NCBI GenBank assembly: GCA_018398765.1
Contig: JAHBMJ010000344.1
Span: forward strand, 1 to 64,000
DNA from: Chromera velia
Taxonomy: Eukaryota
Length of the DNA: 64,000 nucleotides
Direction of reading: 5' to 3'
The notes under the pieces were generated by a model, which was not told where the DNA came from, ran no database searches, and worked only from the letters and a program-made list of their open reading frames with translations. How positions within the stretch are numbered: the stretch's first letter is position 1; each line of letters opens with the position of its first letter. A program made the position numbers and the translations under genes. Positions 52,009-64,000 of the stretch are shown one piece after another.

Positions 52009-53958
52009 AGTTTAGTGATGCGGAGTAGAGGAGAGGAATGATTTGGGGGGTCCTCAGACTTTAGAAAGGAGGAAGGAAGACTTGCTTTGGGGCTCTGAGC
52101 TTTGCGTGCCAGTCTGTATGCATACAGGGGGGGAAATGCATTTCCTGGGAATTTTATCTGACAAATCAGAAATTGAGAACGAAGTTGGGAGATAGAAAAA
52201 ACAAGTTTGTGAGTGTGTTGATCGGGATTTGTTTTTCCGTGTCTGTCGATCTCGCTCTCTGAAGTATTTTTTTTTTTTAAAGAAAGAAAGAATGAAAGAA
52301 GGGGTAAAGAGAAACTGTCCATCCAGTGTGCCAATCCGAGTATTATCTTGCGGTTGTCTTCCTGCCTTTCTCCCTGCTGGCTGGCTACCTGCTTGCTTCG
52401 TGATTTTCTCGCTTCCCCCCTAGCTCTGTCTCTCTTCAAGTGCGTCTCTTTCCTTCTCTCTGTCTCTCTGTATGCATGTATACATTTGCTTATGCATATA
52501 TGCGCCCTCGTTGGTTTTTTCTCTCCTGCTCCGTGCAGCTGAGATGAGCGTCGCTGAGACCAACAAACTTCGTGCGGAGTTGGGTCTGAAACCGCTGTAT
52601 GAAGGCAAAGAGTCAGTCAGTGAGTGGGTGTCCTTCGCTTCTCTTTTTTTCTCTCCACCTCACTCGCTTTTTTCTTCTGTGTTCTGCTGCTTCGTTCTTC
52701 TGTTGTGCACCTTCAATGAAAGAGTTCATGAACAGGGAAGAAAGGAAGGAAGGAAGGAAGGTGCGTGCATGGCATGGACTCTATCGATACTGCATGGTTT
52801 GATAGAATTCAGACTGCGGGAATCGCTCCTAGTGGTTGCCTTGTTTCTGTGGGGTGCCTCAATGACGCCTTGATTGCCTCCCTCCCTCCCTGCCTCCAAT
52901 CTACCTTCCCCGTGCGTGCAGGAAAGGAAGCAAGAGCTCTGGAGAGAGGAGGGAGGAGAATGGGGGCGCTGCTGCCGATCGTGCTGATAAGAACAGAGAG
53001 AGAGAAAGAGAAAGGGAGAGAGAGAGCTACAGGGAGAGGGGGCCGGACCGAGAGGGAAGCTACGCGCGTCCAGTCGGCGGCTTTGCACGGCAGGGCATGA
53101 GGGATCACGAGAAGGAGAGACGGGAGACGGAGTGGGAGAGAAGGCGCAGAGAGGACAGAGAGTGTGTCGCGACTGAAATGGAGATTGGGGGTTTTAGGAC
53201 GTTCCTCAATTCGAGGGACCGTCAGAGAATCATGAGAGGATTCCAAGGACCTCAAACAGGAAATTCCTCTTCCTCCTCTTCATCCTCTGCCCAAGGGGGA
53301 GGGGGAGGGGGGGGGCGTTTCCACGACAGCGGTAGGGACCGGGGCAGGGAGAGAGACCGGGAACACGAAGGGGGGGGTGGGATGAGGAAGAGCGGAGGCG
53401 ATGGAAACACTGGTGAGTAAGCCCTCTTTCACACTTGTGTGTAATTCTCTCTATGCGTTTGCCCGGGGGTGGTTGCTCTCCCTCTCTCTGTGTGTGTGTG
53501 TATGTGTGTATGCGTGCGTGTTCGTAGTTGGGTGTCGTTACATGACCCGTTTGCTTGCCTTTTTTTTCGGTGCTCTATTCGTGCCAGGTCTGCGTCCTGT
53601 TTTCTCTCTAGAGGCTTTGAGGGGAAAGGCTGTTGTTTTGTTCACCCAGTCGCATACACACACGCACACACGCGCTCACACACACGCTCACGCTCACGCG
53701 CGCGCACACACACACACACACGCACACACACATACACACACCACGCTACGCGATGAACAAATGCATCACCTGTTCATGCATTTGAACACTTCCGCGCGTC
53801 GTTGAATTTTTTATTTCTCATTCTTGACTGAATGGGTATCGCTTTTCAACCGCGTGACTGTGTGCCTTGTGAGTGAGTGAGTGATTGCAGTCGAGCTCTC
53901 TGTGGAGGAGTGGGACAGGGTGAGGGCGGAGCTGGGACTGAAGCCTCTCCGTCCGTAG
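49384..53958 (+). CDS. RS/RD/RE-rich putative splicing factor with two HIND (Hub1/UBL5-interaction) motifs, about 356 aa
   Basis: Phase-consistent exons: 49384-49452, 49892-49950, 51087-51222, 51673-51847, 52539-52611, 52922-53412, 53891-53958. Internal [19 protein letters not shown] and C-terminal [29 protein letters not shown] and RERDRE tracts. Confidence 0.85.
50200..50750 (+). repeat. (CAGA)n compound microsatellite with a ~180-bp higher-order duplication
   Basis: The block ACAAATAGAAGAACAGAC... starts at both 50281 and 50461. Confidence 0.9.
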
Positions 53959-54560
53959 GCGGGCGGGCAGGCGGAGACAGAGAGAGGAGAGCTACAGGTA
54001 CGCTCAGTCAGTTGCTTGTTAATTGCAGCAAAGAAAATGGGACGGGGGGTAGGGGTAGTATGAATAGAAAGAGTCAGTCAAGGTGTTGTTAAATGGAAGC
54101 CCCGCAGACGAAAAAAACAAACAAAAGAAGCGCGGTGCCTGGATGGAAGGAAGGAAGCCACTGTGATGGATTTGGGTCCGTCCGAATGTCGGCCATCCAT
54201 ACCGTCAGGGGGCGGCAGAGAGAACCGCTGTCTGCATCAGTGCACTGAAAAGAGGGAAATTTCATTGTGCGACGTCACTCTTTGCGTATACATAGCAGGT
54301 ATTTTTGTGGATGTAGAAGTCAGTGTAGAGAGCGTTTGGGGTTTAAATGTGAGTGCGGTCAGTCATGCGATCATCTCACGAAAACAGAGGTGCGTGTGCG
54401 TGCGGTTGTGCGCATGCGAATGAAGGGATTTGTATTCCTTTTTGTTTCGCAACACAACCATGCATGGTTGGACGGCAGCCCTCTGCTCGCAGATGCGTTT
54501 CGCTGACGCACGCTTTTCATTCCGTACCGGAATTGCATTGCCTTGCACTGACAGGTTTCT

Positions 54561-54602
<42 letters not shown>

Positions 54603-55520
54603 ATGGCTACGTGTTTGTGTCTGCAGGAAGCGAGCGCTCACGGTCTCTGAGGCGGTTTCCGTGCGTAAATCAAAACGCACACTCACTTCATGCTCTGGGA
54701 GAGGCTTTCTCTCCCGTCCGATCCCGCTGTGTCTCAGCATGAAACAAATGATTTTCCACAGTGGAATCACAGTGAAAATCGATTAACACATGTCTAAACA
54801 TGTCAATCGTCAGACGTATATGGCGTTCCGCACCGTTCAAAAGCAAGCCTGAAAGCAAGTGGAAATTTGTTTTAGTTAGCATTTAAGATTAAAATACAGA
54901 TTTGTGAGTATCCGAGTCTAGAGTTTACCTTACAAAACTGGGTTGAATTCCCCGGGAATTTGGCGGATTTTTGTGGAATTTACTATAAAATTTTATGAAA
55001 TTTACTTGTGTGGATTCCATTAAATTTTACAGCTTTTGAAAGTTTATGCTCTACGATCTAGACAGAGTTGGAAACGGTGATACCCCAGGAAACCCAAATT
55101 AGTTGTGTTTATACAGCTTCGTAGAAACTGTGATACAGCAATTCATAAATTAACCAATGATGTATATGTTAATTATCATTTCATTAATTGGGGGTAATAG
55201 AGGGTCGTCTGTATGAATGCATAGGATATGGTACAATAAGATTAGCGTAAGGTAAGATAAGATTAATGTTCTGAGGTCCTATCTAGGTTCCTATGCGGTC
55301 CACTACCGGGTACTACCGGGCCTCGACTTGCCCTGTCGTAAATTATCTAAATTGTCCATAAAATATCATACTGAGTAAAGATGAAAGAGGTCGAGTGACT
55401 CGAGTCCATAAGAATCTATGACACGCCGTGCATTGACACCGCCGATTGAGGGGCACAATCTCTCTACAAAACATAGTGACTCCCCTCTGTGCGCAGAGCG
55501 CGCGTATGTTGTTATCCGCA

Positions 55521-56042
55521 TACCCTGGACATTAATTTGTGGCCATTTGTATGCTTTGACTTTCTTTTTCTTTTCTGCAGGCCTTCATACAGGACCTGGG
55601 CCGGCCCCGACCGATGAGCGTGCGCCGTGGAGGGGGGGGGGACGCCGCTGCCGCCGCCTGGCGCCCTCTGCGTACGTGGATGCAGAGATTGTACGCATGC
55701 ACTCATTCATGCATTGTTCATCTGCATACTCGTTTTCTTTCACGCTCCATACGGACTGACTGACTGACTGTGTCTAACTACGGTACCTGGACTTCTGTCA
55801 ATCGATGCAACACTCTGGTAGTGAGAAAGTGTGCGTGGGAGATGAGTAGAAAAGCTGTTAGAAAACAAAGCAACGAGTAAACGGATAGGTAGCAACAGCA
55901 TGTGTTGTTTGCTCTTGCTTGGCTAGGGAGACGCCCCCACCTCATGCTCAGGCGGGATGGTCAGTGAAAGGGAGAGATGGTTTTAGATTGGTCTCCCACG
56001 CCTAGGCACGCATAGAATGGCCACAAATTAATGTCCAGGGTA
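55521..56042. mobile_element. MITE with long perfect TIRs, 522 bp
   Basis: TACCCTGGACATTAATTTGTGGCCATT (55521-55547) is the exact reverse complement of 56016-56042. Flanked by TCCGCA on both sides. Confidence 0.85.
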
Positions 56043-56219
56043 TCCGCATGCATGCATGTGCAATTGCATGCATCCAAATGTTTGCATCTTACAGAGAGCT
56101 GCAAATGGGTTCTGCAGAATGGGCAGACTCACCTGTGGCAGATCAAGTCAGAGTAGGCAGGTGGAGCTGAGAATTTCCTGTCAGAGCTGCATTCAGACTA
56201 TCAATCGACGAATTCATCC

Positions 56220-58433
56220 ATGCAGATGAAGGAGACAGGACCTGCAGTGAGAAGGATGAGGGGGGATGCGTTGAATTTCTTTCTCATTCTGTTTATTTGG
56301 GCGGTCAATGTGCCTTTTTCCAGGTCTTTACAGCTCCTCAAAACAAGCAAAAATGCACATACCCCCTCCGAATCATTTTCTTCCTCTCTACCGCCTCTTT
56401 CTGCCCTTCACCTTTCGGAGTCAGATTTGGATTTGGAAAGGGAATCCGAAAACGAAAAACAAAAACAAGGGCATCGAGGCATCGCCCTCCAGTACATCAA
56501 CCCTAAGTTGTGGGTCGGCTCGGCCATGGGATTTTCTTATGCAGGGTGTGACACTTGGAGCGCCACGTGCTACTCCAAAGAGGCGACCTTCGGGCCTGAA
56601 TCGGACGACGAAGAGGAGGGGGGAGACAATGAGGAAAACGTGTCTCCATCATCTCCGTCTACACCCTCTTCTCCGTCTTCTTCCTTCCCCTCTTCGCCCA
56701 CCTCCCCTTCCTCCTCCGGATCTGCTTCTGATTTTTCCCTGCCGCCCAAGATGTACGTGGACTCGAAGGGCATGATCAGATACAAGACCCGGAGTCTGAA
56801 GACGAGAGTCATCCTGGCGATGGGATCACGTGCCAGTTGGGTGATGTCCAAAATAGGGGACCTGGGCACTCTCTTGACCCTTCCATTCAGCACGCGGGTG
56901 CGTAAGATGAAGTACCTAACCGACAAAGAGATGATCCAGACGATCCTCCAGAACCTCAAAGACCTCACCCAAGATCCCTTCGTCACTGACGTCCTCTTGG
57001 ACAAGCGGATTCCGGGTCTTGCGAAGGACGATCCGACGCTCCAAGACCCATTCCCTGCGTCTCCACCCCAGTGCAAGGGCCACAAGGTGCATGGGGGGTG
57101 CGCATGCATGCAGGCAGGCAGGCAGAGTTCGATTTTGTGCGTAATCCGAGAGGGATAGAGAGATCAATATCTGCGGACACATCTGTTTTCATTTTTTTCA
57201 TACGCACGTATGCACATTGAAAGGCCCCATTTCCGTCCTGCAGCTTCTAGTCTACTGGAAGTGCGACACAAGAGTTGAGAGAAGAAATAAAGAAAACTCT
57301 TTCTAAGGTGCTCTACAAGGCAAACAGTCATTCACTTTTGAAAGTCACCAACAAAGAAGCAAACAAAGATTTGTTGCCTTCATGTACTGGATGGATGGAT
57401 GGATGGATGGAGGGAGGGAGGGATGGATGGGTGGATGGATGGATGGGTGGGTGGATGGATGGATGGATTGATGGATGGAGGGAGAGTGGGATGGATGGAT
57501 GACTCACTACATGAATGGATGCAGGTGTGGAGGGGAGCCAAGGCGATGGCAGGCAGACTTACCGGGGCCCTCACCTATGGATGGCGAAAGCTGAAACTCT
57601 CCCGGCTGATCAACCTTGCCAAGGTCACTGCGATGACAGACAGACAGAGAGAGAGAGAGAGAGAGAGAGAATGATTGCCTGCCTGCCTGTGTTCCCGCCT
57701 TTTTGTGGCAATGGTTTTGCACCTCTTTGCGTGCACTCCCCCCCCTGCCAGACTTCTATGGACACGATGACTCACGACCGCACCAGAAGGATGCAATGCA
57801 ATCGTTGTGGTGTGATCTGATGTGATTTTGCAGATTAGAGGCGCCCAGCTGGCCCTGCAGAAGAGTATGTCGTGCTCGAGGGCGATGTCTGAAAGCGGGG
57901 AGCGGCTGACGATGTCGGAGTCTGCTCGGAGAAGCGCGCAGACGATTTTGGAGGCCGTGATGTGGGTCGACAAGCGGAACAGGCAGCAGGAGCAGCAGGG
58001 GGGGGTCCACTCTCTGCCCCTCTCCCAGAACTTCCTCTCCGCTCTCCAGGATTCATTGAGAGACGGGAAATCGCCGACAGAGGTGGGCATGGGCGTGCGT
58101 CAGTGGACCCTTCCTTTCCTCCCTCCCCCCTCTTTTCTCTCGTCTGCTATCATGGTTGGGCGTTCACATGGGAAGCTCCTCACAGTGGGGCATCGGGCTT
58201 ATATGTAGCATAGCACTTGAAAATAAGAAGAGTGATTCAAGAAAACGACAGATCATTTGCACAAGTCCTTCCACCGCCTCTGCACCTGGCCAGCCTCCAG
58301 CCCTGCTGCTGCAGATGCGAAAAACAGAAAGAGAGAGACGAAGGAGATGAGTTGCAGGGGCCTCCCTCCTTCCTTTAACATTCTCGCGATCGATCGAGAT
58401 AGACAGACTCTCTCTCTCTCTCTCTTTCTTTCT

Positions 58434-58467
<34 letters not shown>

Positions 58468-58717
58468 ACAGATGCAGATACAGATGCACAATCCCATCAA
58501 TCCTCCATCCGACTGATCTTCCCTCCCTCTCTCGCCCCCTCCCTCTCTCGCTTCCTTCCTTGCTCCGTCCTTTTGAATTGCTTCTTGCTTCCCTCCTTTC
58601 AGGTGGCATCCCTCTTCCACGCCAAGATGCAACACCTGGGTATGATTGAGGAGGGGGAGGGGGTGGTGAAGAACAAACGCTTCGCCTTCGTGGGCAGCGA
58701 GCAGGAAGTCAAGGTCG

Positions 58718-58771
<54 letters not shown>

Positions 58772-60287
58772 CTTGCATGTGTTCCCAGTCGCCGTCTTGA
58801 GCGGCTGAGTGCAGGTGCTGCACGAGCTCGAGGAAACGAATTCTGCATCCATCATGGCAAAAAGCGCTGCCGCCAGAAAGGCCGTCTCATGTGGCTTCTC
58901 TATGAGTTTTTTTCTTTTTTTTGGCTGGCTGGCTGGCTTTCTCGTCTTCATGCAGCATGTTTAATTTGTCTGCCGATATCTTTTTTTTAACTGACTGACT
59001 GACTGACTGACTGACTGACTGACTGACTGACTATGACTGACTGACTGACTGACTGACTGACTGACTGACTATGACTGACTACCTGACTGACTGACTATGA
59101 CTGACTAACTGACTGACTGACTATGACTGACTGACTGACTGACTGACTGACTGACTGACTGACTGACTAACTGAGTGACTGACTGACTGACTGACTGACT
59201 GACTGAATGCTTGAATGAACAAATCACCGAATGTGTGTCTGCACGCAGCTCACGAAGTGTCAGGTCCCTGACTGGCAATACTCTGTTGCCTATCGGTTGG
59301 GGTTGATGAAGTTCTCTAACTTTTTCAGGTCCGTCCGTCAGTCCCTCATTCCGTCAATCAGTCAGTCAGTTACTTAAATGCGCCGACGGAGAAGTTTGTC
59401 CCTTCTGTTTCTGATTTGGGCTATAGCTCTTCGTTTTACACTTTCTGACGAAGTTTTCTTTTCCCCTCCCAGCCCGTTCCAGTCAGTCAGCGAGTCAGTC
59501 AATCAAGTTGGATCAAGCCTTGTACAGGTGACTAGTCTAAAGAGTCCCAGTAGTGAATGGGTCCATTCTTCAGTCGGTTTTTCTTTTTTTCTTTCTTTGT
59601 TTCCTTCTTTCTTTCTTTGTTTCTGCAGACCTTGACAATCAAGGTCTTTAACCTCCCCCCTCTCCCAGTCGAGTCTGTCGACAGAAAAGCCAGACCATAT
59701 ATTTCGTTCATAATGATTTATGTCCATATGAACGCTGACCGATTTGTCCAAGTACACTTATATGTGCGAATGCATGTAATGATCGAGTGCACAACGATGT
59801 TTACAGATGGATAGACAACTTAATGGATGAATGGATCCTCCCTGCTGTTCCCTCCCCCCCCTGCAGGTCCGAGAAGCCGGCGTTCCCCGGGATGTTCGGG
59901 GAGACCCTCGGGTTGATGATGGGTCAGGTCGTGCATGCCGCCTCTGCGTACGTGTCACGGCAGTTTGTCGACACGAGTGAGCTGACGATGGGGCAGGCGG
60001 TGATGGAGTCTCTGACGAGAGAGAGAAACTCCCCGATCTTGAAGAAAGTCCAGAAAATCCTCAGAGAGAAGGACATGCAGGTGGGTACGTGGGTGGGTGG
60101 GTGTACATCCGGATGAGCAGAGAGGATACCTGATGGATGGACTTGTGCGTATGTTCCGCATGCAGCGTACATAGGAAGGAAGATATGCGATACAGAGGAG
60201 ACCTTGCAGGTGGGGAGAAGGATCCTCTAAAGGGTTCTATTGTCGCTTTTATTCTTTCTTCCTTTCTCTCCCTCTCCTCCCTTTCCT

Positions 60288-60323
<36 letters not shown>

Positions 60324-63300
60324 TGTGTCTCTGTATGTGTCTCTGTGGCTGACGTGTGCGACCTGCAGTCTTTAGATATAAAGCCTCATCATGCATAAAT
60401 TCTGGCCAATCGTGAGAGCAAAAATTCATGTCCGCAGCTCTTGTATCGAAGACCTTATTCTTTTATCTGTGGCTTGAGCAACGTCTACGGCTTTGCCCGC
60501 ATTGAGCTGGTCTCTGCATTGGGGGTCTCTGGTTATTTGTCTTCTTGTTCTTCCTACTCTCCCAATGCCTGCCTGCCTGCTTCCAATGCATCTTCCGGCG
60601 TGCCTGGCTGCCTGAGTGACTGAAGCGTAGATTGAAAGGAAAGACATCTTCGAAGGAAGCAGACAATCAACCAAAATAAAACAAATCAACGCCCCTCTGC
60701 CTGTCTGTCTGTCTGTCTGTCTGCAGAAGCGAGACGAGATGTGGGAGTTCATGGTCAGAGACCACCAGGACGAGCTGCTTCCCCTCTTCCAAAAAGTTGC
60801 GCAAGCCATCCCGGGACTTCAGGACCTTCCCACTGAAGCCTTCCTGCCTCACGTCAAGGAACTTGCAAAGAGGGGACTGCAGAAGCTCAAAGACCCTGAG
60901 GTAGGTAGGTAAAGAAGTGCCTGCGTGAGTGAGAAAGGAAATAAGAAAAAATAATGCACCCACGCACATGGATATTCATGAACTGAGATACGCCGAAAAA
61001 AAGGGATGGATTTGTGTATGAGAAAGTTTCTGAGTGCCCTTAGCAGGGACTGCTCGGTCGAGGATAATCTTCTCTCATAAGCGAAGTAAGTGTGACAATG
61101 CAGGCATGCACGGTTTGCAATTTGTGTGTGTCCCCTCGATCCTTCCTCGTTTGCTTGCATATACGGAGCCTGTCTCGGGGGGTGTACGAGTCACCTATTT
61201 ACTTTCATACAGAAAAAAATGCTTGCATGTACAGAGCCTGTCTCGGGGGGTGTACGAGTCACGCATTTACTTTCATACAGAAAAAAATGCTTGCATGTGC
61301 AGAGCCTGTCTCGGGAGGTGTACGAGTCAGGCATTTACTTTCATACAGAAAAAAATGCTTGCATGTGCAGAGCCTCTCTCGGGGGGTGTACGAGTCATGC
61401 ATTTACTTTCATACAGAAAAAAATGCTTGCATGTGCAGAGCCTGTCTCGGGAGGTGTACGAGTCAGGCATTTACTTTCATACAGAAAAAAATGCTTGCAT
61501 GTGCAGAGCCTGTCTCGGGAGGTGTACGAGTCATGCATTTACTTTCATACAGAAAAAAATGCTTGCATGTGCAGAGCCTGTCTCGGGAGGTGTACGAGTC
61601 ATGCATTTACTTTCATACAGAAAAAAATGCTTGCATGTGCAGAGCCTCTCTCGGGAGGTGTACGAGTCATACATTTACTTTCATACAGAAAAAAATGCTT
61701 GCATGTGCAGAGCCTGTCTCGGGAGGTGTACGAGATTGCTGGAGCTGCTGCCGACATGATTGACCCCGATGTTACGGCCTCCATCGACCTGGAGACCCCC
61801 ACAGAAGGCACAAACACGCAGGCAGGGGGGGGAGGAGAGGGGGACGATGATGAACTCCCTGATGAAACACCTGTACCGGTGAGTGGATGAATTTGTGTTG
61901 GGCAGTCACCTTTATTCCTTTCTTTTCTTCTCTCTTCTTTCTGCAGAGCTTTCCGATTGATCCTCAATTTTTTTGTTTGATATCGATACACGCGGCATGG
62001 ATCGCGGTGGCTGTAAAATTAAAGGAGGAAGCAACCGAGAGGCAGAATTAAAGACAGGGAAGTTGAGAGTCTTGCCGTTTTTTCAACTGCATGGAACAAT
62101 AGCACATAGTGCAAGTTGATGCAGACACGCGTCAGTTTTCTCCCTCCCTGAATCAACGTCGAACCTCCGTGCAGGATCTGAGCTCTGCTTCAGCCTCCTC
62201 GTGGCTCGAGGAGGCACAGCAGCAACGACAACAGAAGCAATCGTTGACGGAGAGGGAGGCACTGAAGGAGTCTGCACTGTTGTGCGATTTTGACGTCAAG
62301 AAAGCGTGGCTTGCCCTGTCGACGTTCGTTTTGTTCTCTTTGAATGCGCTGAACCAGACCGCGATTTATGCTCTGCTCGCCTCGGGGGTCTACTTTGCAC
62401 TTCCAGAACTCTTCGTGGTGCAGCAGATCTTCGACATGATCACTCAGGTCCGTCAGTCGGTCCGTCCGTCTTTCGGCTGGTCAGCTGGGGTCAATGTAGT
62501 GCACTGTCTCACTTTCTTCGTGCGGTTCGCTGTTTGTTTGTTTGTTTGTTTGTTTGTTTGCTTGCTTGCTTGCTTGCTTGTTTGTTGCTTGCTTGTTTGT
62601 TTGTTCGTTTGTGTGTGTGCTTGTGTGTGTGTTTGTGTGTTTGTTTGTTTTTATCTTTTGTTTTCGTTAAGATAAGTTTTCTTTAAGCTGTGTCCCTCCC
62701 TCCCTCCCTCCGTCCCTCCCTCATTCTTCTCTTCTCTCCGCTTCTGCTTGGTCTTCGGCAAATTCCTTTTTTCATTTTTTTTTTTGCATCCAAATGGTAC
62801 TGGTAGAGCCTACACAAATCAATCAATCAATCAATCAAAGAAAAAAATGGAAAGTGATCGAATGATTGAATGAGTGAGTGCAGCCGATTTCGATGGGTCT
62901 GGTGGCGATTTCTGTTGCGACTGCGGGTGAGAACGGCGCAACAAGCTTCGAGATGGAGCTCTGGGCAGAGGAGCACTTTGTGGACAGAGCTCGGTTCGGT
63001 AACGCATTGAAGAAAAATGTTCGCAGGGCGGAAAGCGGATGTAAGTATGGAGATCCGATCCTTGGCTGTCTGCCTCTCTTCTGCCGGCAGGAGCGTGCGT
63101 GGGTTGTTCGATTCTTTGAGAAGGTCCTTTCTGTCTTTCCTGTTTTCTTTCTGCCTTTCCTGTTTTCTTTCTGTCTTTCTTCACCGCCTTCTTTCCCTCT
63201 TTCTTTATTTACTTCGCTTCTTACTTCCTTTCTTTTGTCCTTGCGCCCCATGAATTGTTCACGAGAATGATCCTGACCCGACAACGAACATGCGGAATGC

Positions 63301-63403
63301 GGGGCCACCTACACGCTGCACGCCTGCACCGAATTCGCGACCCTTCAGAATCGTCACTCATCTGTGTGCGCATGTGTGTCCATCTGTGTTTGCATGCGTG
63401 TCC

Positions 63404-63469
<66 letters not shown>

Positions 63470-64000
63470 ATCTGCAGACACCCCCGGAATTCGGCTCCAT
63501 GGAAAACGGGAGGGCCAGCCTTGGCGAGAGGACCGGCTGGTGTCCCCCGAGGAGTTCTTCTTCTGTCCAAAGGGGGTCCCTCTTCTCTGCTTTGACGCTC
63601 CCTCCTCTTCCTCTTCACGGAAAGGAAGGGGGTCGAGCCTTGCAGCAGTGAGGCAGCTGGAGGAAGGCAAAACGAAGTGCAGAAAGAAAGACGACCCCAG
63701 GGAGGGTGGACTGAGGCCAACCTTGCACACACTCAAGGTCAGTCCATGCTTTTACTTTCATACAGAATTCTTCTGTATGCATTTCTATCTGTATGTATCT
63801 GTATGAAATCATGCATGCACACACTCAAGGTCAGTCCATGCTTTTACTTTCATACAGAATTCTTATGTATGCATTTCTATCTGTATGTATCTGTATGAAA
63901 TCATGCATGCACACACTCAAGGTCAGTCCATGCTTTTACTTTCATACCGATTTTTTTTTTTTTATAAAAGCAAATCATGCATGCACACACTCAAGGTCAG
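56220..64000 (+). CDS. Large multi-exon protein with an N-terminal signal peptide and a hydrophobic (TM) segment, unknown function; 3' partial
   Basis: ORF 56220-57086 (signal-like [19 protein letters not shown]). Phase-consistent exons follow at 57525-57623, 57834-58082, 58603-58713, 59249-59328, 59867-60080, 60727-60900, 61711-61878, 62175-62447 ([33 protein letters not shown]), 62884-63040 and 63478-63737. Possible extra exons at about 57251 and 58815. No stop before the window end. Confidence 0.8.
58990..59206 (+). repeat. (CTGA)n microsatellite just upstream of a 3' splice site
   Basis: About 50 CTGA/CTAA units ending about 40 nt before the acceptor at 59248. Confidence 0.9.
61152..61734 (+). 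repeat. 68-bp minisatellite, about 8.5 copies, each containing a 3' splice site and exon start
   Basis: AGCC(T)-starting units at 61167 + 68n up to 61711. The last copy runs into unique exon sequence. Confidence 0.95.
63725..64000 (+). repeat. 92-bp minisatellite, at least 3 copies, each containing an exon end and 5' splice site
   Basis: ACTCAAG|GTCAG at 63731, 63823, 63915 and 63989 (last spacing 74 bp). Confidence 0.9.

Noticed and set aside
52539..52611. Calling the HIND gene SART1/SNU66
   Set aside because: Only the short motif matches; the model stops at 53958 with no SART1 body.
61034..61890. Three overlapping 220-250 aa repeat-protein ORFs, or a CRISPR-like array
   Set aside because: Product of a stop-free 68-bp tandem repeat with no unique spacers, in a eukaryotic context.

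Overview
Eukaryotic (protist-like, plausibly myzozoan alveolate; taxonomy is inference only) genomic DNA with microsatellite-filled GT-AG introns, AT-rich intergenic tracts and four N gaps next to G/C homopolymers. Most ORFs in the supplied track are microsatellite artefacts, so I built the gene models by hand from splice phases. There are five protein-coding genes. (1) A secreted protein of unknown function (minus strand, up to 1065). (2) A 9-exon tandem-CCCH zinc-finger RNA-binding protein (15531-9854). (3) A 17-exon type II membrane protein that appears to fuse a Fringe/GT31-like glycosyltransferase to a Pvg1-like polysaccharide pyruvyltransferase (about 26313-37966); this is the most striking find. 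(4) A 7-exon RS/RD-rich protein with two Hub1-interaction (HIND) motifs that resembles neither SART1/Snu66 nor Prp38 (49384-53958). (5) A large signal-peptide/membrane protein that runs off the window end (56220-64000). The window also holds a decayed CRE-like RT+RLE non-LTR retrotransposon interrupted by a DNA-transposon insert, two further TIR elements, degenerate ORFs (one trypsin-like), minisatellites that amplify splice junctions, a motif shared upstream of two RNA-processing genes, and a 911-bp palindrome that is probably an assembly artefact.
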